DNA of 64,000 nucleotides from Candidatus Omnitrophota bacterium (GTDB lineage Bacteria; Omnitrophota; Gorgyraeia; JAZDFF01). Positions 49,131 to 59,181 of this stretch are shown piece by piece. How positions within the stretch are numbered: the first letter of the stretch is position 1; the number at the start of each line of letters is the position of its first letter. Both the position numbers and the translations under genes were made by a program. Under the pieces are notes generated by a model. That model saw nothing but the letters and a program-made list of their open reading frames with translations, was not told the DNA's origin and searched no databases. The stretch lies in NCBI GenBank assembly GCA_043808095.1, contig JAZDFF010000001.1:1628-65627 (forward strand), given 5' to 3'.

Positions 49131-52082
49131 ATGAAAACCACTATCCTAACCGGCTTGAACAAAGAACAGATCGAAGCGGTTACTCATAAAGAAGGTCCGC
49201 TTTTAATTATTGCCGGAGCCGGGACAGGAAAGACCGCAGTAATCACCCGCAGGATCGCCTGGCTTCTCGCCGAAAAATTAGCCCGGCCAGAAGAGATCCT
49301 TGCCCTTACCTTTACCGATAAGGCAGCCCAGGAGATGGAAGAACGGGTAGATATCCTGGTGCCTTATGGCCTCACAGATATCTGGATTTCAACATTCCAT
49401 GCCTTTGGCGATAGAATCTTACGGGAAAACGCATTAGATATCGGGCTTCCCCCGGATTTTCGCGTGCTCACCCGGCCGCAGGCCTCAGTATTTTTGCGCG
49501 AACACCTCTTTGAATTGCCCTTAAAGCATTATCGGCCTTTAAGCGATCCCACCAGGTTTATCGATGCCATGATTAATTTATTCAGCCGCGCCAAAGACGA
49601 AGACGTCTCAAGTGATGAATACATTGAATATACCAGTAAGTTAGAGAGAGAAATAAACCCGGATGATCCCGAACAAAAAGAGGAACTCACCCGCCAGGTT
49701 GAGCTTGCCTCCTGCTATGCCAAATTCCAGGAACTCCTTAATAAATACGGCATGGTTGATTTCGGCAACCAGTTTTATCTTGCCTTAAGGTTATTCAGAG
49801 AACATCCTTCAATCTTAGCCCGTTACCAAAGACAATTCAAATTCGTACTGGTGGATGAATTCCAGGATACAAATTACGCCCAGTTTGAACTCTTAAAATT
49901 ACTCGCTAAAAATAATAATATCACCGTAGTAAGCGATGACGACCAGTCCATTTACCGCTTCCGGGGTGCAGCTTACAGCAATATCCTGCAGTTTATGAAC
50001 AATTATCCTTCGACCAAAAAGATTACCCTGATTAAAAACTACCGGTCGACTCAGGTAATCCTGGATACTGCCTACAGGCTGATTCAGCATAATAACCCTG
50101 AGCGTTTTGAAGTAAAGGCCGGGATTAATAAACATCTTGTAGGGACGAGCAAAAAAGGCAAGGCAGTCAAGCATCTTTATTTTGACCATGTCTCTAATGA
50201 GGCAGATAGTATTGCCAAGATAATCCAGGAAAAAGTTCACCCCGTTAGAGGCTCTCGTTTAAAACATGCTGTCTCTAATGGGGTCAAGACCAAGAAGTTT
50301 AATTATCAGGACTTTGCCATCTTAGTCCGTTCCAATTCAGATGCTGAAGCCTTCCTGCAGGCCCTAAACATGTATGAGATCCCCTGGCGTTTTAGCGGCA
50401 ACCAGGGTTTATATTCCAGGGGCGAAATTAGATTATGCATAGGTTTTTTAAGGTTGATGGCTAATGTCCATGATTCGACCAGCCTCTACTATCTGGCAAG
50501 TTCCGATATTTATAAAGTCCCTCTAAAAGACTTAAGCCTGTGCACTAATTATAGCCGCAGATTTAATCAGAGTTTGTTTAGCGTTTTAGAGAACCTTGAT
50601 AAGGTCGAGAATCTGGAAAAGATGCCCAAAGATTCGAAGGCCGCGATCGGGAAGCTGGTCGTAGATATCAATAAATTCCTGGAGATTTCCCGCGAGCATA
50701 CCACAGGAAGGTTACTTTATTTATTCCTGACCGAGACCGGATGTATTAAGCGCCTGATTAAGGAGCTGTCACTGGTAAACGAAGAGAAAGTGCAGAATAT
50801 TGCCCGTTTTTTTCAGATTGTCCGGGATTTTGAGAATATTGCCAAGGAAGACCGGGTAGTCTATTTTGTCGATTATATTGATATGCTTATCGAGGCAGGA
50901 GATGACCCGGCAACGGCGCAGGCGGATCTGGATGCCCCGGCAGTAAATGTGATGACCGTGCATAAGGCAAAGGGACTGGAGTTTGAGGTGGTCTTTATTG
51001 TGAGTTTAGTCGGCGGCCGTTTTCCCTGGCCGCATCGCCGCCAGGGCCTGGAACTGTCCGATGCCCTTATAAAGGATATCCTCCCCAGCGGGGATTTTCA
51101 CCTGCAGGAAGAAAGAAGGCTCTTTTATGTAGCCATGACCAGGGCCAAGAAGGAGCTCTATCTGACTTCATCAAGAGACTACGGCGGCAGCCAACCCCGC
51201 AGGGTCAGTCAATTTGTGATGGAGGCCCTGGGTTTAAAAAAGTCGCCGGATATATCTTTCAGGAGTTCTGCCCAGGAATATATCCAGAAGTTTAAGCCCC
51301 CTGCAAAAAGAAAGTCCGGAAAAGTTACGATAGAAAAAGATGAGATAATCAGCCTTAGTTATTATCAGGTCGATGATTATTTGACCTGTCCTTTAAAATA
51401 TAAGTACGTGCATATCCTGCGCGTTCCGATTATAGCGCATCATACAGTTATCTACGGCAAGGCTATACACGATGCTATCTCACGATATTTCGAGTTAAGG
51501 CTCGCCGGAAAGGAAATCGATAAAGATAGGCTTTTTGGGATTTTTGAGGCCTCTTTTAAACCCGAAGGATTTTTATCGCGCCAGCATTACGAGGAAAGGC
51601 TCGCCAAGGCCAGGCAATTCCTGGATAGGTTCCTTAGAGAACAGGAGGCAAGCGGAAAATTACCCCTTTTTGTGGAAAAAGAATTTTCTTTTCTGTATGG
51701 TAAAGACCGCATAGTCGGTCGTTGGGATGCTATTTATGCCGAGAGAGATTTTATCACCATACTTGATTTTAAATCCTCAGATGTGAGTGTTCAGAAGGAT
51801 GCCGACAAAAGGACCAGGGAAAGCATCCAGCTGGATATCTATGCCTTAGCCTATAAACAGGTCTTTGGCCGGCTTCCGGATGAAGTGGCCTTGTATTTTC
51901 TGGAATCCGGCATAATCGGAAGGGCTGAAAAGAAAGTCAAGAATTTAGAGAAGATTGAAGAGAAGATAAAGATAGCATCCCAGGGCATACGCCAGGCTGA
52001 ATTTCCCGCCAGGCCCGTGTATCTGGCCTGTAATTGGTGCGCCTATAACCAGATCTGCCCTTATGCAAAGCATAAGGGCTAA
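49131..52082 (+). CDS. UvrD/PcrA-family helicase fused to a PD-(D/E)XK nuclease (AdnAB/AddA-like)
   Basis: AGAGTGKT, DEFQD, TVHKAKGLEF, YVAMTRA; C-terminal CP..Y, GRWD..DFK, QLDIYA and CNWCAYNQIC. Confidence 0.92.
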   Translation: MKTTILTGLNKEQIEAVTHKEGPLLIIAGAGTGKTAVITRRIAWLLAEKLARPEEILALTFTDKAAQEMEERVDILVPYGLTDIWISTFHAFGDRILRENALDIGLPPDFRVLTRPQASVFLREHLFELPLKHYRPLSDPTRFIDAMINLFSRAKDEDVSSDEYIEYTSKLEREINPDDPEQKEELTRQVELASCYAKFQELLNKYGMVDFGNQFYLALRLFREHPSILARYQRQFKFVLVDEFQDTNYAQFELLKLLAKNNNITVVSDDDQSIYRFRGAAYSNILQFMNNYPSTKKITLIKNYRSTQVILDTAYRLIQHNNPERFEVKAGINKHLVGTSKKGKAVKHLYFDHVSNEADSIAKIIQEKVHPVRGSRLKHAVSNGVKTKKFNYQDFAILVRSNSDAEAFLQALNMYEIPWRFSGNQGLYSRGEIRLCIGFLRLMANVHDSTSLYYLASSDIYKVPLKDLSLCTNYSRRFNQSLFSVLENLDKVENLEKMPKDSKAAIGKLVVDINKFLEISREHTTGRLLYLFLTETGCIKRLIKELSLVNEEKVQNIARFFQIVRDFENIAKEDRVVYFVDYIDMLIEAGDDPATAQADLDAPAVNVMTVHKAKGLEFEVVFIVSLVGGRFPWPHRRQGLELSDALIKDILPSGDFHLQEERRLFYVAMTRAKKELYLTSSRDYGGSQPRRVSQFVMEALGLKKSPDISFRSSAQEYIQKFKPPAKRKSGKVTIEKDEIISLSYYQVDDYLTCPLKYKYVHILRVPIIAHHTVIYGKAIHDAISRYFELRLAGKEIDKDRLFGIFEASFKPEGFLSRQHYEERLAKARQFLDRFLREQEASGKLPLFVEKEFSFLYGKDRIVGRWDAIYAERDFITILDFKSSDVSVQKDADKRTRESIQLDIYALAYKQVFGRLPDEVALYFLESGIIGRAEKKVKNLEKIEEKIKIASQGIRQAEFPARPVYLACNWCAYNQICPYAKHKG

Positions 52083-52086
52083 TTTA

Positions 52087-52188
52087 TACTCCGCGGCCTG
52101 AAAACCGCGCCCTTTAGGGCGCGGATAAGATGTGGCCGCTTGAGTATTCCGCCCAAGGAACCCCGGGCTTTAGCCCGGGTGGGCTCCA
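52087..52188. mobile_element. Pair of GC-rich hairpins resembling IS200/IS605 ends (non-autonomous remnant)
   Basis: CCGCGCCCT-TT-AGGGCGCGG and CCCGGGCT-TT-AGCCCGGG. Confidence 0.5.
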
Positions 52189-52320
52189 TTTTTTGAGAGT
52201 TAAAACATTCTGGCTTTCAAGAGGTTAGTGAAATTTTTTCAAATGAAGCCCAGACTTATGGAGCCTGCTTGACACCAAACAGGCGATTGCGAACATAAGT
52301 TGTGTGCTCATTAAAATACC

Positions 52321-52349
52321 TTGACAAATGTCGAAAAAAATAATATACT
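52321..52349 (+). promoter_or_regulatory. sigma70-type promoter
   Basis: TTGACA-17 nt-TATACT. Confidence 0.75.
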
Positions 52350-52427
52350 TAAATAAATACTTTTTAAAAGTTTTTTGTGGCTTAGGCGACCAAACTTGGC
52401 CACGGATTCCGAGTTTCGGAATAAGGG

Positions 52428-52461
52428 AGGTTGCTTCTAAAAGATAGAAGCAACCTTTTTT
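52428..52461 (+). terminator. Intrinsic terminator within the leader of the protease gene
   Basis: Perfect 12-bp stem AGGTTGCTTCTA/TAGAAGCAACCT, 5-nt loop, T run. Confidence 0.75.
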
Positions 52462-52496
52462 ATTTAGGTAAGCGAGGAAGCGCTTTCTTTTTAAAA

Positions 52497-52681
52497 CAGC
52501 CCTTCACAAAACTAGTTCAGGGCTGTTGATTGCAGTGATTTCAAAAAAGATTACAGCGATTTATCGTCGAGCATTAATCTTTGTAATCTGATTTTCCCGC
52601 TTTGCGGGATCCCGCTGGAAATTTTCTATTGTGCGGGATAATCTCTGTAATCAAGGGCGAAACGATTTTTGTGAAGCCCTA
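52497..52681. mobile_element. Third, more degenerate copy of the TIR MITE
   Basis: CAGCCCTTCACAAAA...TTTTGTGAAGCCCTA; interior similar to 20112-20297, including the 44-bp TCCCGC insert. Confidence 0.7.
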
Positions 52682-52700
52682 TTTAAGGGAGGATAAAAAG

Positions 52701-55700
52701 ATGATGGGAATAAAAAAATTAATAAGTGTATTAATTTTAGGTTGCGTATTAATATTATTGAATAATCCTTCCCTTTTAGCAGAAGAGGGTCAATGGAAGT
52801 CCTTGGATGAAGGAATTCCTTCGCTAACTGCTCCCCAGGCTTCAGTACTTAAGTCTACTGATTCAACTGTCCATTTAAGGATACAGGTCCCTGGTTTTGA
52901 AGTTAAGCAAAATGAAGAACAGGGCGTAGTCTATCAACAAATCCGTCTTCCTCAGGCAAGCTTGCTTCCTGAAATAGGCAAACCGATGCTTCCCCGGCTT
53001 ATCAGGATTATCGCCGTGCCTAAAGAATGTAATCTTTCCGATATCAAGTTAGAATTTTCTCCTACCAAAATCCAGACCTTGGAAAACTACTTAGTTTATC
53101 CTCTGCCTGATTTAGACGATAAAAAAGATATCTTTGTTAAAGACGAACTTTTCTATGAAAAAGACGTTTTTTATCCCGAACAGGTGGTAAAGGTTGAATC
53201 TATAGGCCTGATGCGCGACCAGAAAATTCTTAAGATTCAAATCTGTCCTATACAATATAATCCTAAGACAAAACAACTCAAGGTATATAAAGACCTGATA
53301 ATCAAGGTAAACTTTCCTTCTGGTATAGTGAGTTCATCTACGGGAGTAGGACCTCTTGAACATGTGGCTAACCTGGCTCTATTAAATTATGAATCCAGGC
53401 CTCAAGAAGAGCCAGAAGAAGGCGGTAAATCAGGGAATGTTATCTATCCCACAAATTTGAAAACCGGTACAAACAATGCTGATTATATTATCATTGCTGC
53501 TCCTCTGCTTTGGCAGGACAGGGATACCAACGGATTGGTTACTTTTGCTAACCATCGCGCTACCTATAATAACTGGAATGTGGCAGTGGTAAATAGAGAT
53601 GATATCTATAATCAATTTAGCGGCACCACTGATGATGACAAGATTAAGGCCTTTATTACCTATGCCTATAATAATGTCGCTAACCATTGGCATGCGCCTC
53701 GTATGGGCGATGACCATACTGGATTTGTGCTTTTAATGGGAGACGCGCGTTCAGCTGCCGGTACAGGCCATCTACCCACACATATCTCTATTCTTGTTGA
53801 CCCTATTAAATATGAACGTATTGCTACTGACCACTGGTATGCCTGTATAAATGATGATGACGGCAGCGGTATGGTTGATGATAATGACCGCATGGCTGAT
53901 CTTTTTATTGGCCGGTTTTGCACAGGAGGCGATGACTGGGCCCAGAGAGTTCTGGATAAGACCCGCTTCTTTGATATTGCCGGAATTCCTAGCCCCAATT
54001 GGAAAGGAAAGATTGGCCTTTGGTGCGGCTATGGAAGCCAAGATGCCAACAGGATCAGCGAGCTTAGAGATACAATCTATCCTCATATTGAACAGCTGGC
54101 CGGCACTAATTCTTTTTTTGAGGTAAGCGATAAGGAATTTAGTACAGATCATACTAATTTAAATGATTTTAAGGATGACTTTAAGAACTATTTTAATTTA
54201 GGCAGAGGGATTGTTATTGACAATAGTCATGGTGACTACAATCTGTGGCAGTGGTCCAAAAATTTGTCTACGTTTGTAAACTTCGCTACTGATGATGTAG
54301 ACACTCTGAATAATGGTAGCAAAACTCCTCTGGTTCTGAGTTTTTCTTGTAGCACAGCGAGGTTTGACTATATCGGCAAAGGAGGTCAAGGCGTTGATCC
54401 CAATTTTGAGTCTTTAGCTGAAAGGTTTACCGAGATAGCTAACAATAAAGGTGCGGTAGCCTTTTGGGGGGCAACACGCGATACTAATTACCATGGAGAT
54501 TTTGAGTATACTGATACTATGATTCCGGCAGTCTTAGAATACGGCCTAAGCAATCTGGGTCAGGCTATTCTTTATACCAAACTCACCTGCTCTACAGTTT
54601 ATAATGGGGATATCATATTTAATCTGGTGGGTGATCCGGGTCTAGGGCTCTATGGCACTGTCCCAGGTTTTATCACTGACCTGCAGATTACCAGTGATAA
54701 TATCCAGACCGCTTCGGTTGGTTCTGATATTAGAATAACCGCTAAAGTAGAGAATATGACTGTTGTAGCAGCAACAAACGTCTGGGTGCGCTTCTATGAC
54801 GGCGACCCTACCAATGGTGGCATTCAGATAGGCTCTGACCAATTAATTAGCTCAATTCCCAGGTTTGGCAGTCAGACCGCAGAGGTCCTCTGGATTAATC
54901 CCTCCCAGACAGCGCATACCATATATGTGGTGGTTGATCCTGATAATACCATCACTGAATTTAATGAGGAAAATAATAAGGCCTCTACGGTAGTTCTCCT
55001 GGGATTTTCAGTCACTCCGGGTTATTATATTGACTCTTCGGCAATAGTAGCGGATGTAAATAATGACGGTGATAAGGAGATAATCGTAGGCTGTAATGAC
55101 TACAAAATTTATGTTTGGCAATCAAACGCTCAAGCATTACCCGGCTGGCCTATTTCAACAGGTGGTTCTGTGGAATCTTCTCCTGCTGTAGCTGATCTAG
55201 ACGGAGATGGAGATTTGGAGATAATTTTCAGTAGTAATAATGGTTATGTCTATGCCTGGCACCATAATGATGGACCTGATGCTGGCGATGAAGCAGATCC
55301 GGTTGCGGGTTGGCCAATTTCTATAGGCGGTCAAGTCCGTGCCACTCCAGTTGTTTTTGACTTAGACAATGATGGTGATTTAGAGATTATTGCTGCCTCA
55401 ACCAATGGCAAGGTCTATGCCTGGCATCACAATGGCCAGCCTTTTGCTTCTTGGCCAGGAGGTTATTTACAGGCAGCAGGAGCAATTTATTCTTCACCCG
55501 CAGTGGGTGATATTGATGGACAAGGCAGTGTAGAGATAGTAGTAGGCAGCGACGATGGCAAGGTCTATGCCTGGCATGCTCATAATGGCCAGGCCTTGAC
55601 TAATTGGCCAGTTGTAACCAACCCAACCTTACCCATACGTTCTTCACCCAGTTTAGCGGATTTAGACCGCGACGGTTTTCTCGATGTGGTAGTTGGTTCC

Positions 55701-58571
55701 ACCAATGGTAGGATGTACGCCTTTAAGTATGACGGCAGCCCTGTTACCGGTTGGTCAGGCGGAGTAGCAACCGCTGGTGCAATATATTCTTCACCCTCCA
55801 TCGCGGATATTAATAAAGACGGTGAATTAGAGGTAGTGGTGGGTTCTTATGATAACAAGGTCTATGCCTTTAAGTATGATGGAAGTCTTCTTTCTGGTAA
55901 TTGGCCAGTAACTACTGGCAATGATATCTATTCCTCGCCCTCATTATCTGACGTAAATGGTGATGGTAATATTGATGTGGTAGTGGGTTCTTATGACCAG
56001 CATCTTTATGTCTTGGATAAAAATGGCGGAGTTGTTGGTTCTCCTTTTACAACCTCAGGCAGAATTAGGTCGTCACCTGCAATCGTAGATATGGATGGTG
56101 ATGAACGGCCTGAGATATTAGTGGGTTCTTATGAGCAGTTGCATGTGTTTAGGGCAGGCGGCAGTGCAGTTGAACCCGAAGATATGCCTTGGTCGCAATT
56201 CCGCAAAGAGCCAAACAGGAAGGCAGTCTATAGTCGGCTCGCCCAAAGCCAGATTACCAACAGCCCAATGGATTATGCCACAATTCAAAAGGCCATATAC
56301 GCAGCTCAACCCGAAGAAACCATCTTAGTGCCAGAAGGTACATATTATGAAAATATCTCTTTCAAAAGCAAATCTATTACTTTAAAGGGTACAGAGGGTC
56401 CAGGAGGAGTGAAGAAGAGCATCTTAGATGGAGGTGGTGTTGGTTCGGTAGTTTATATGAGTTATAGCGAAGATTATCAGACAGGACCCTTTAATCCCGT
56501 CCTAGAAGGATTTAAGATTACCCATGGCTCAGGATATATGGGAGATTTGGGAGGGGGGGTTCTTATAAGTGGTAACTATCCACCTAATTCAAGACCGCAG
56601 GTCCTCCACAATTATATAACAGAAAACGAAGCTGATTATGGTGGTGGTATTGACCTTGGGGGGAGTTCGGCAATTATTAAACAAAATATTATCAGCAACA
56701 ACACAGCTCATATCGCTGGAGCAGCAATTTGTGCTATTGGGTATAGTATTAGCAACGAATCGCCGCTCATTACCAATAATGTAATCTATGCCAATACCGC
56801 GCCTGATTATAATCCTGATGAATGGGTTAGTGGTGGCATTATTTTTATCACCCAATCTGGAATCGACCCCGTAGATACACCGACATATTATCCTATAATT
56901 GCTAATAATACCATTACCTTAAATGTGGAGTGGTATGTTGGTAGAGGTCCAGCCGTGGTTATTAATAATCCTTTCCCCAACTGGGTGGATGCCAAGTTAG
57001 TCAATAATATCATTGTGAACAATTCCAAGGGGATTTGTTATTATTCCTCAAATCAGCCTTCAGGAGAACCTTCTCCTGAATCAATTGCCTATAATGATGT
57101 GTATAACAACACCGGCGGAAATTATGTGGGGCTTTCTGACAGAACTGGCATACAAGGCAATATCTCTGTTGAACCTAAGTTTAGAAACGGACTCTACTTA
57201 AGAGATCATATCTCTCCTTGTATTGATGCTGGTATTCCTGATCCCGATGGTAACCTAAATAATAATGAGGGCCAGCTTTGGGATTGGTCCCTTGAGCCTG
57301 ATTTTTCTGCTGGCCATATCAATATGGGCGCCTTTGGCAATACTTCCATAGCAGAACTTAGCTGCCATGTTCCTTATTTTCAGGACGATTCTTCCTGGGG
57401 TTATCCTATTAATAGTTATTATTGGGAGTGGCCGGTAGATCAGCCCGTTAATCTCACTGTTCATGCCGTTGATTGTGATGGCGATACGCTTAATATTAAT
57501 TTCGGGTTTTTGCCTCCAGGCCTATCGGCAACAGTTACACCGGGTAATCCTGCTTACCTTGTTATTACAGGCACACCCAATGTTACGGGAACTTATTCCA
57601 CCACATTTATTGTCCAGGATAACAGCCAGTATTTATTCTCTAAGACAGTGCCAGTCACCTTTAACATATTTAAATATGAGCCTGCGTCGCCATCATGTCC
57701 TTATTTATATCTGTGGAATGGCTCTGATTATGTCTTTGAGAATGACCTCTTCCCATCTGGAAATCCCAAGGAATACACTGATTATTATCTCTTGATGAAG
57801 GAATTAATACCAAAGGATGAGGTCTATTCTTTAAAGATAAAGGAGGAATTAGAGGAGACTTCTCATATAGACAAGGTATCGCTTTTACAGATAGACCATC
57901 CTGAAGGAGTAAAGATTGCTCCTACCCTGGAAGGTAAATTATATACCTATAAAGAACCTCTTACAGCTGCCGCAAATGTCGTCAATAGCCAGGGCGAGGA
58001 TATTACCGAGTTAATTTCTACCGGCGCTGATAATAAAGAGTATTTTGGCAGGCAGGGAGAGGAGATTATGCTTAGGTTTGCGAAAAACGGCCTAAGAGAT
58101 GAAACCAGACTTATCCTGAGTTCTGACCTGCCTAGGCCAAAACCCAATTATGCCAAATCTATCCATCTTCAGTTCAAGGACAAAAAAGGCCAGTGGCAGA
58201 ATCTCGTAGTCCTGCATCCCCATGAATACTGGGATATCTGGGCAGTGGATTTATCACCTTACCTTGAGGATTTAGGCAAAGATGAGGATTTGGAGATTAA
58301 GATCTTCTTTACTCAAGACCACAAGTTAGACTTCGTGGCCTTAGATACATCGCAACAAGCCCCCATTGTCGTAACCGAGCTTCCGCTTTTAAAGGCTACG
58401 CACTCTAAAGATAACGATATACGCTTAAAGTTGGAAACCTCTGATAATGACTACACCCGGACAATCAAAGGAGACTACATTGATTTAGAATTCCCATATC
58501 TAAGTAAGCCTACTCAAAAAAGAAGCTTTATCTTTGTCAGTGAGGGTTGGTATAGGCAAAACAAGAAATAG
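52701..58571 (+). CDS. Large secreted gingipain-like (peptidase C25) multidomain protein
   Basis: RBS aagggagg and signal peptide from ATG 52701; propeptide (EIGKPMLP); ADYIII, IGRF, SHG (His) and FSC (Cys); CARDB (VDPDNTITEFNEENN); FG-GAP-like SSPAVADLDGDG repeats; beta-helix; SCPYLYLWNG domain. Confidence 0.85.
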   Translation: MMGIKKLISVLILGCVLILLNNPSLLAEEGQWKSLDEGIPSLTAPQASVLKSTDSTVHLRIQVPGFEVKQNEEQGVVYQQIRLPQASLLPEIGKPMLPRLIRIIAVPKECNLSDIKLEFSPTKIQTLENYLVYPLPDLDDKKDIFVKDELFYEKDVFYPEQVVKVESIGLMRDQKILKIQICPIQYNPKTKQLKVYKDLIIKVNFPSGIVSSSTGVGPLEHVANLALLNYESRPQEEPEEGGKSGNVIYPTNLKTGTNNADYIIIAAPLLWQDRDTNGLVTFANHRATYNNWNVAVVNRDDIYNQFSGTTDDDKIKAFITYAYNNVANHWHAPRMGDDHTGFVLLMGDARSAAGTGHLPTHISILVDPIKYERIATDHWYACINDDDGSGMVDDNDRMADLFIGRFCTGGDDWAQRVLDKTRFFDIAGIPSPNWKGKIGLWCGYGSQDANRISELRDTIYPHIEQLAGTNSFFEVSDKEFSTDHTNLNDFKDDFKNYFNLGRGIVIDNSHGDYNLWQWSKNLSTFVNFATDDVDTLNNGSKTPLVLSFSCSTARFDYIGKGGQGVDPNFESLAERFTEIANNKGAVAFWGATRDTNYHGDFEYTDTMIPAVLEYGLSNLGQAILYTKLTCSTVYNGDIIFNLVGDPGLGLYGTVPGFITDLQITSDNIQTASVGSDIRITAKVENMTVVAATNVWVRFYDGDPTNGGIQIGSDQLISSIPRFGSQTAEVLWINPSQTAHTIYVVVDPDNTITEFNEENNKASTVVLLGFSVTPGYYIDSSAIVADVNNDGDKEIIVGCNDYKIYVWQSNAQALPGWPISTGGSVESSPAVADLDGDGDLEIIFSSNNGYVYAWHHNDGPDAGDEADPVAGWPISIGGQVRATPVVFDLDNDGDLEIIAASTNGKVYAWHHNGQPFASWPGGYLQAAGAIYSSPAVGDIDGQGSVEIVVGSDDGKVYAWHAHNGQALTNWPVVTNPTLPIRSSPSLADLDRDGFLDVVVGSTNGRMYAFKYDGSPVTGWSGGVATAGAIYSSPSIADINKDGELEVVVGSYDNKVYAFKYDGSLLSGNWPVTTGNDIYSSPSLSDVNGDGNIDVVVGSYDQHLYVLDKNGGVVGSPFTTSGRIRSSPAIVDMDGDERPEILVGSYEQLHVFRAGGSAVEPEDMPWSQFRKEPNRKAVYSRLAQSQITNSPMDYATIQKAIYAAQPEETILVPEGTYYENISFKSKSITLKGTEGPGGVKKSILDGGGVGSVVYMSYSEDYQTGPFNPVLEGFKITHGSGYMGDLGGGVLISGNYPPNSRPQVLHNYITENEADYGGGIDLGGSSAIIKQNIISNNTAHIAGAAICAIGYSISNESPLITNNVIYANTAPDYNPDEWVSGGIIFITQSGIDPVDTPTYYPIIANNTITLNVEWYVGRGPAVVINNPFPNWVDAKLVNNIIVNNSKGICYYSSNQPSGEPSPESIAYNDVYNNTGGNYVGLSDRTGIQGNISVEPKFRNGLYLRDHISPCIDAGIPDPDGNLNNNEGQLWDWSLEPDFSAGHINMGAFGNTSIAELSCHVPYFQDDSSWGYPINSYYWEWPVDQPVNLTVHAVDCDGDTLNINFGFLPPGLSATVTPGNPAYLVITGTPNVTGTYSTTFIVQDNSQYLFSKTVPVTFNIFKYEPASPSCPYLYLWNGSDYVFENDLFPSGNPKEYTDYYLLMKELIPKDEVYSLKIKEELEETSHIDKVSLLQIDHPEGVKIAPTLEGKLYTYKEPLTAAANVVNSQGEDITELISTGADNKEYFGRQGEEIMLRFAKNGLRDETRLILSSDLPRPKPNYAKSIHLQFKDKKGQWQNLVVLHPHEYWDIWAVDLSPYLEDLGKDEDLEIKIFFTQDHKLDFVALDTSQQAPIVVTELPLLKATHSKDNDIRLKLETSDNDYTRTIKGDYIDLEFPYLSKPTQKRSFIFVSEGWYRQNKK

Positions 58572-58696
58572 ATTCCGATACTTTTAACAGTGGATTTAAA
58601 TTAAATAATATACTAGGATATTATTCCTTAAGCGTAATTTACCTTCTGTTATCTGCAAGACGCCTGCTTTCTTATGTCCTCCGAGTGTCTTAATCC

Positions 58697-58725
58697 TTGA
58701 CTTTGCTTAGGATTAGGAGTATACT
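58697..58725 (+). promoter_or_regulatory. sigma70-type promoter of rpsO-pnp
   Basis: TTGACT-17 nt-TATACT. Confidence 0.7.
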
Positions 58726-58902
58726 AATCAAATTGAAATCTAGACTTACGGAATGATAATGAACGTAAGTTTGTGATTGAATTTGACCCTTGACATCTTT
58801 GATGTCAAGGGTTTAATTCGCAGACGCCCCGAAATTTCGGGGCTACAATTTATGTCATTTACTTTCCATAAATTGTCTGCTCATTTAAAGGGGGTGATTT
58901 TT

Positions 58903-59169
58903 TTGGCTTTGTCTAAACCCGATAAAACTAAGATCATCAGCAAGTTTAAATTGCATACCCAAGACACGGGTTCTGCCCCGGTCCAGATTGCGATCTTAAC
59001 CGAGAGAATAAGTTTGCTCTCCGAGCATTTTAAAACCAATAAGAAAGACCATCATTCCCGCAGAGGACTATTATGTATGGTCGGTAAACGTAAACGCCTT
59101 CTAAGCTATTTAAAAAAAGAAGCACCCAAGGTTTATGAGGATATAGCAGGAAAATTAAATTTAAAATAA
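58903..59169 (+). CDS. rpsO: 30S ribosomal protein S15
   Basis: [16 protein letters not shown] and [10 protein letters not shown] motifs; TTG start after RBS ggggtga. Confidence 0.96.
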   Translation: MALSKPDKTKIISKFKLHTQDTGSAPVQIAILTERISLLSEHFKTNKKDHHSRRGLLCMVGKRKRLLSYLKKEAPKVYEDIAGKLNLK

Positions 59170-59181
59170 AGGTATAACTAT

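Noticed and set aside
52602-52700. Extended N-termini from the ORF track (52602, 58777, 21738, 32078, 33903, 30985, 1673)
   Set aside because: The upstream codons fall in repeats. Downstream starts fit RBS, signal peptide or family length better.
58730-58886. S15 autoregulatory leader or a tRNA-like structure
   Set aside because: The sequence matches the dispersed multi-hairpin family found before unrelated genes, and no tRNA D/T-loop signatures are present.
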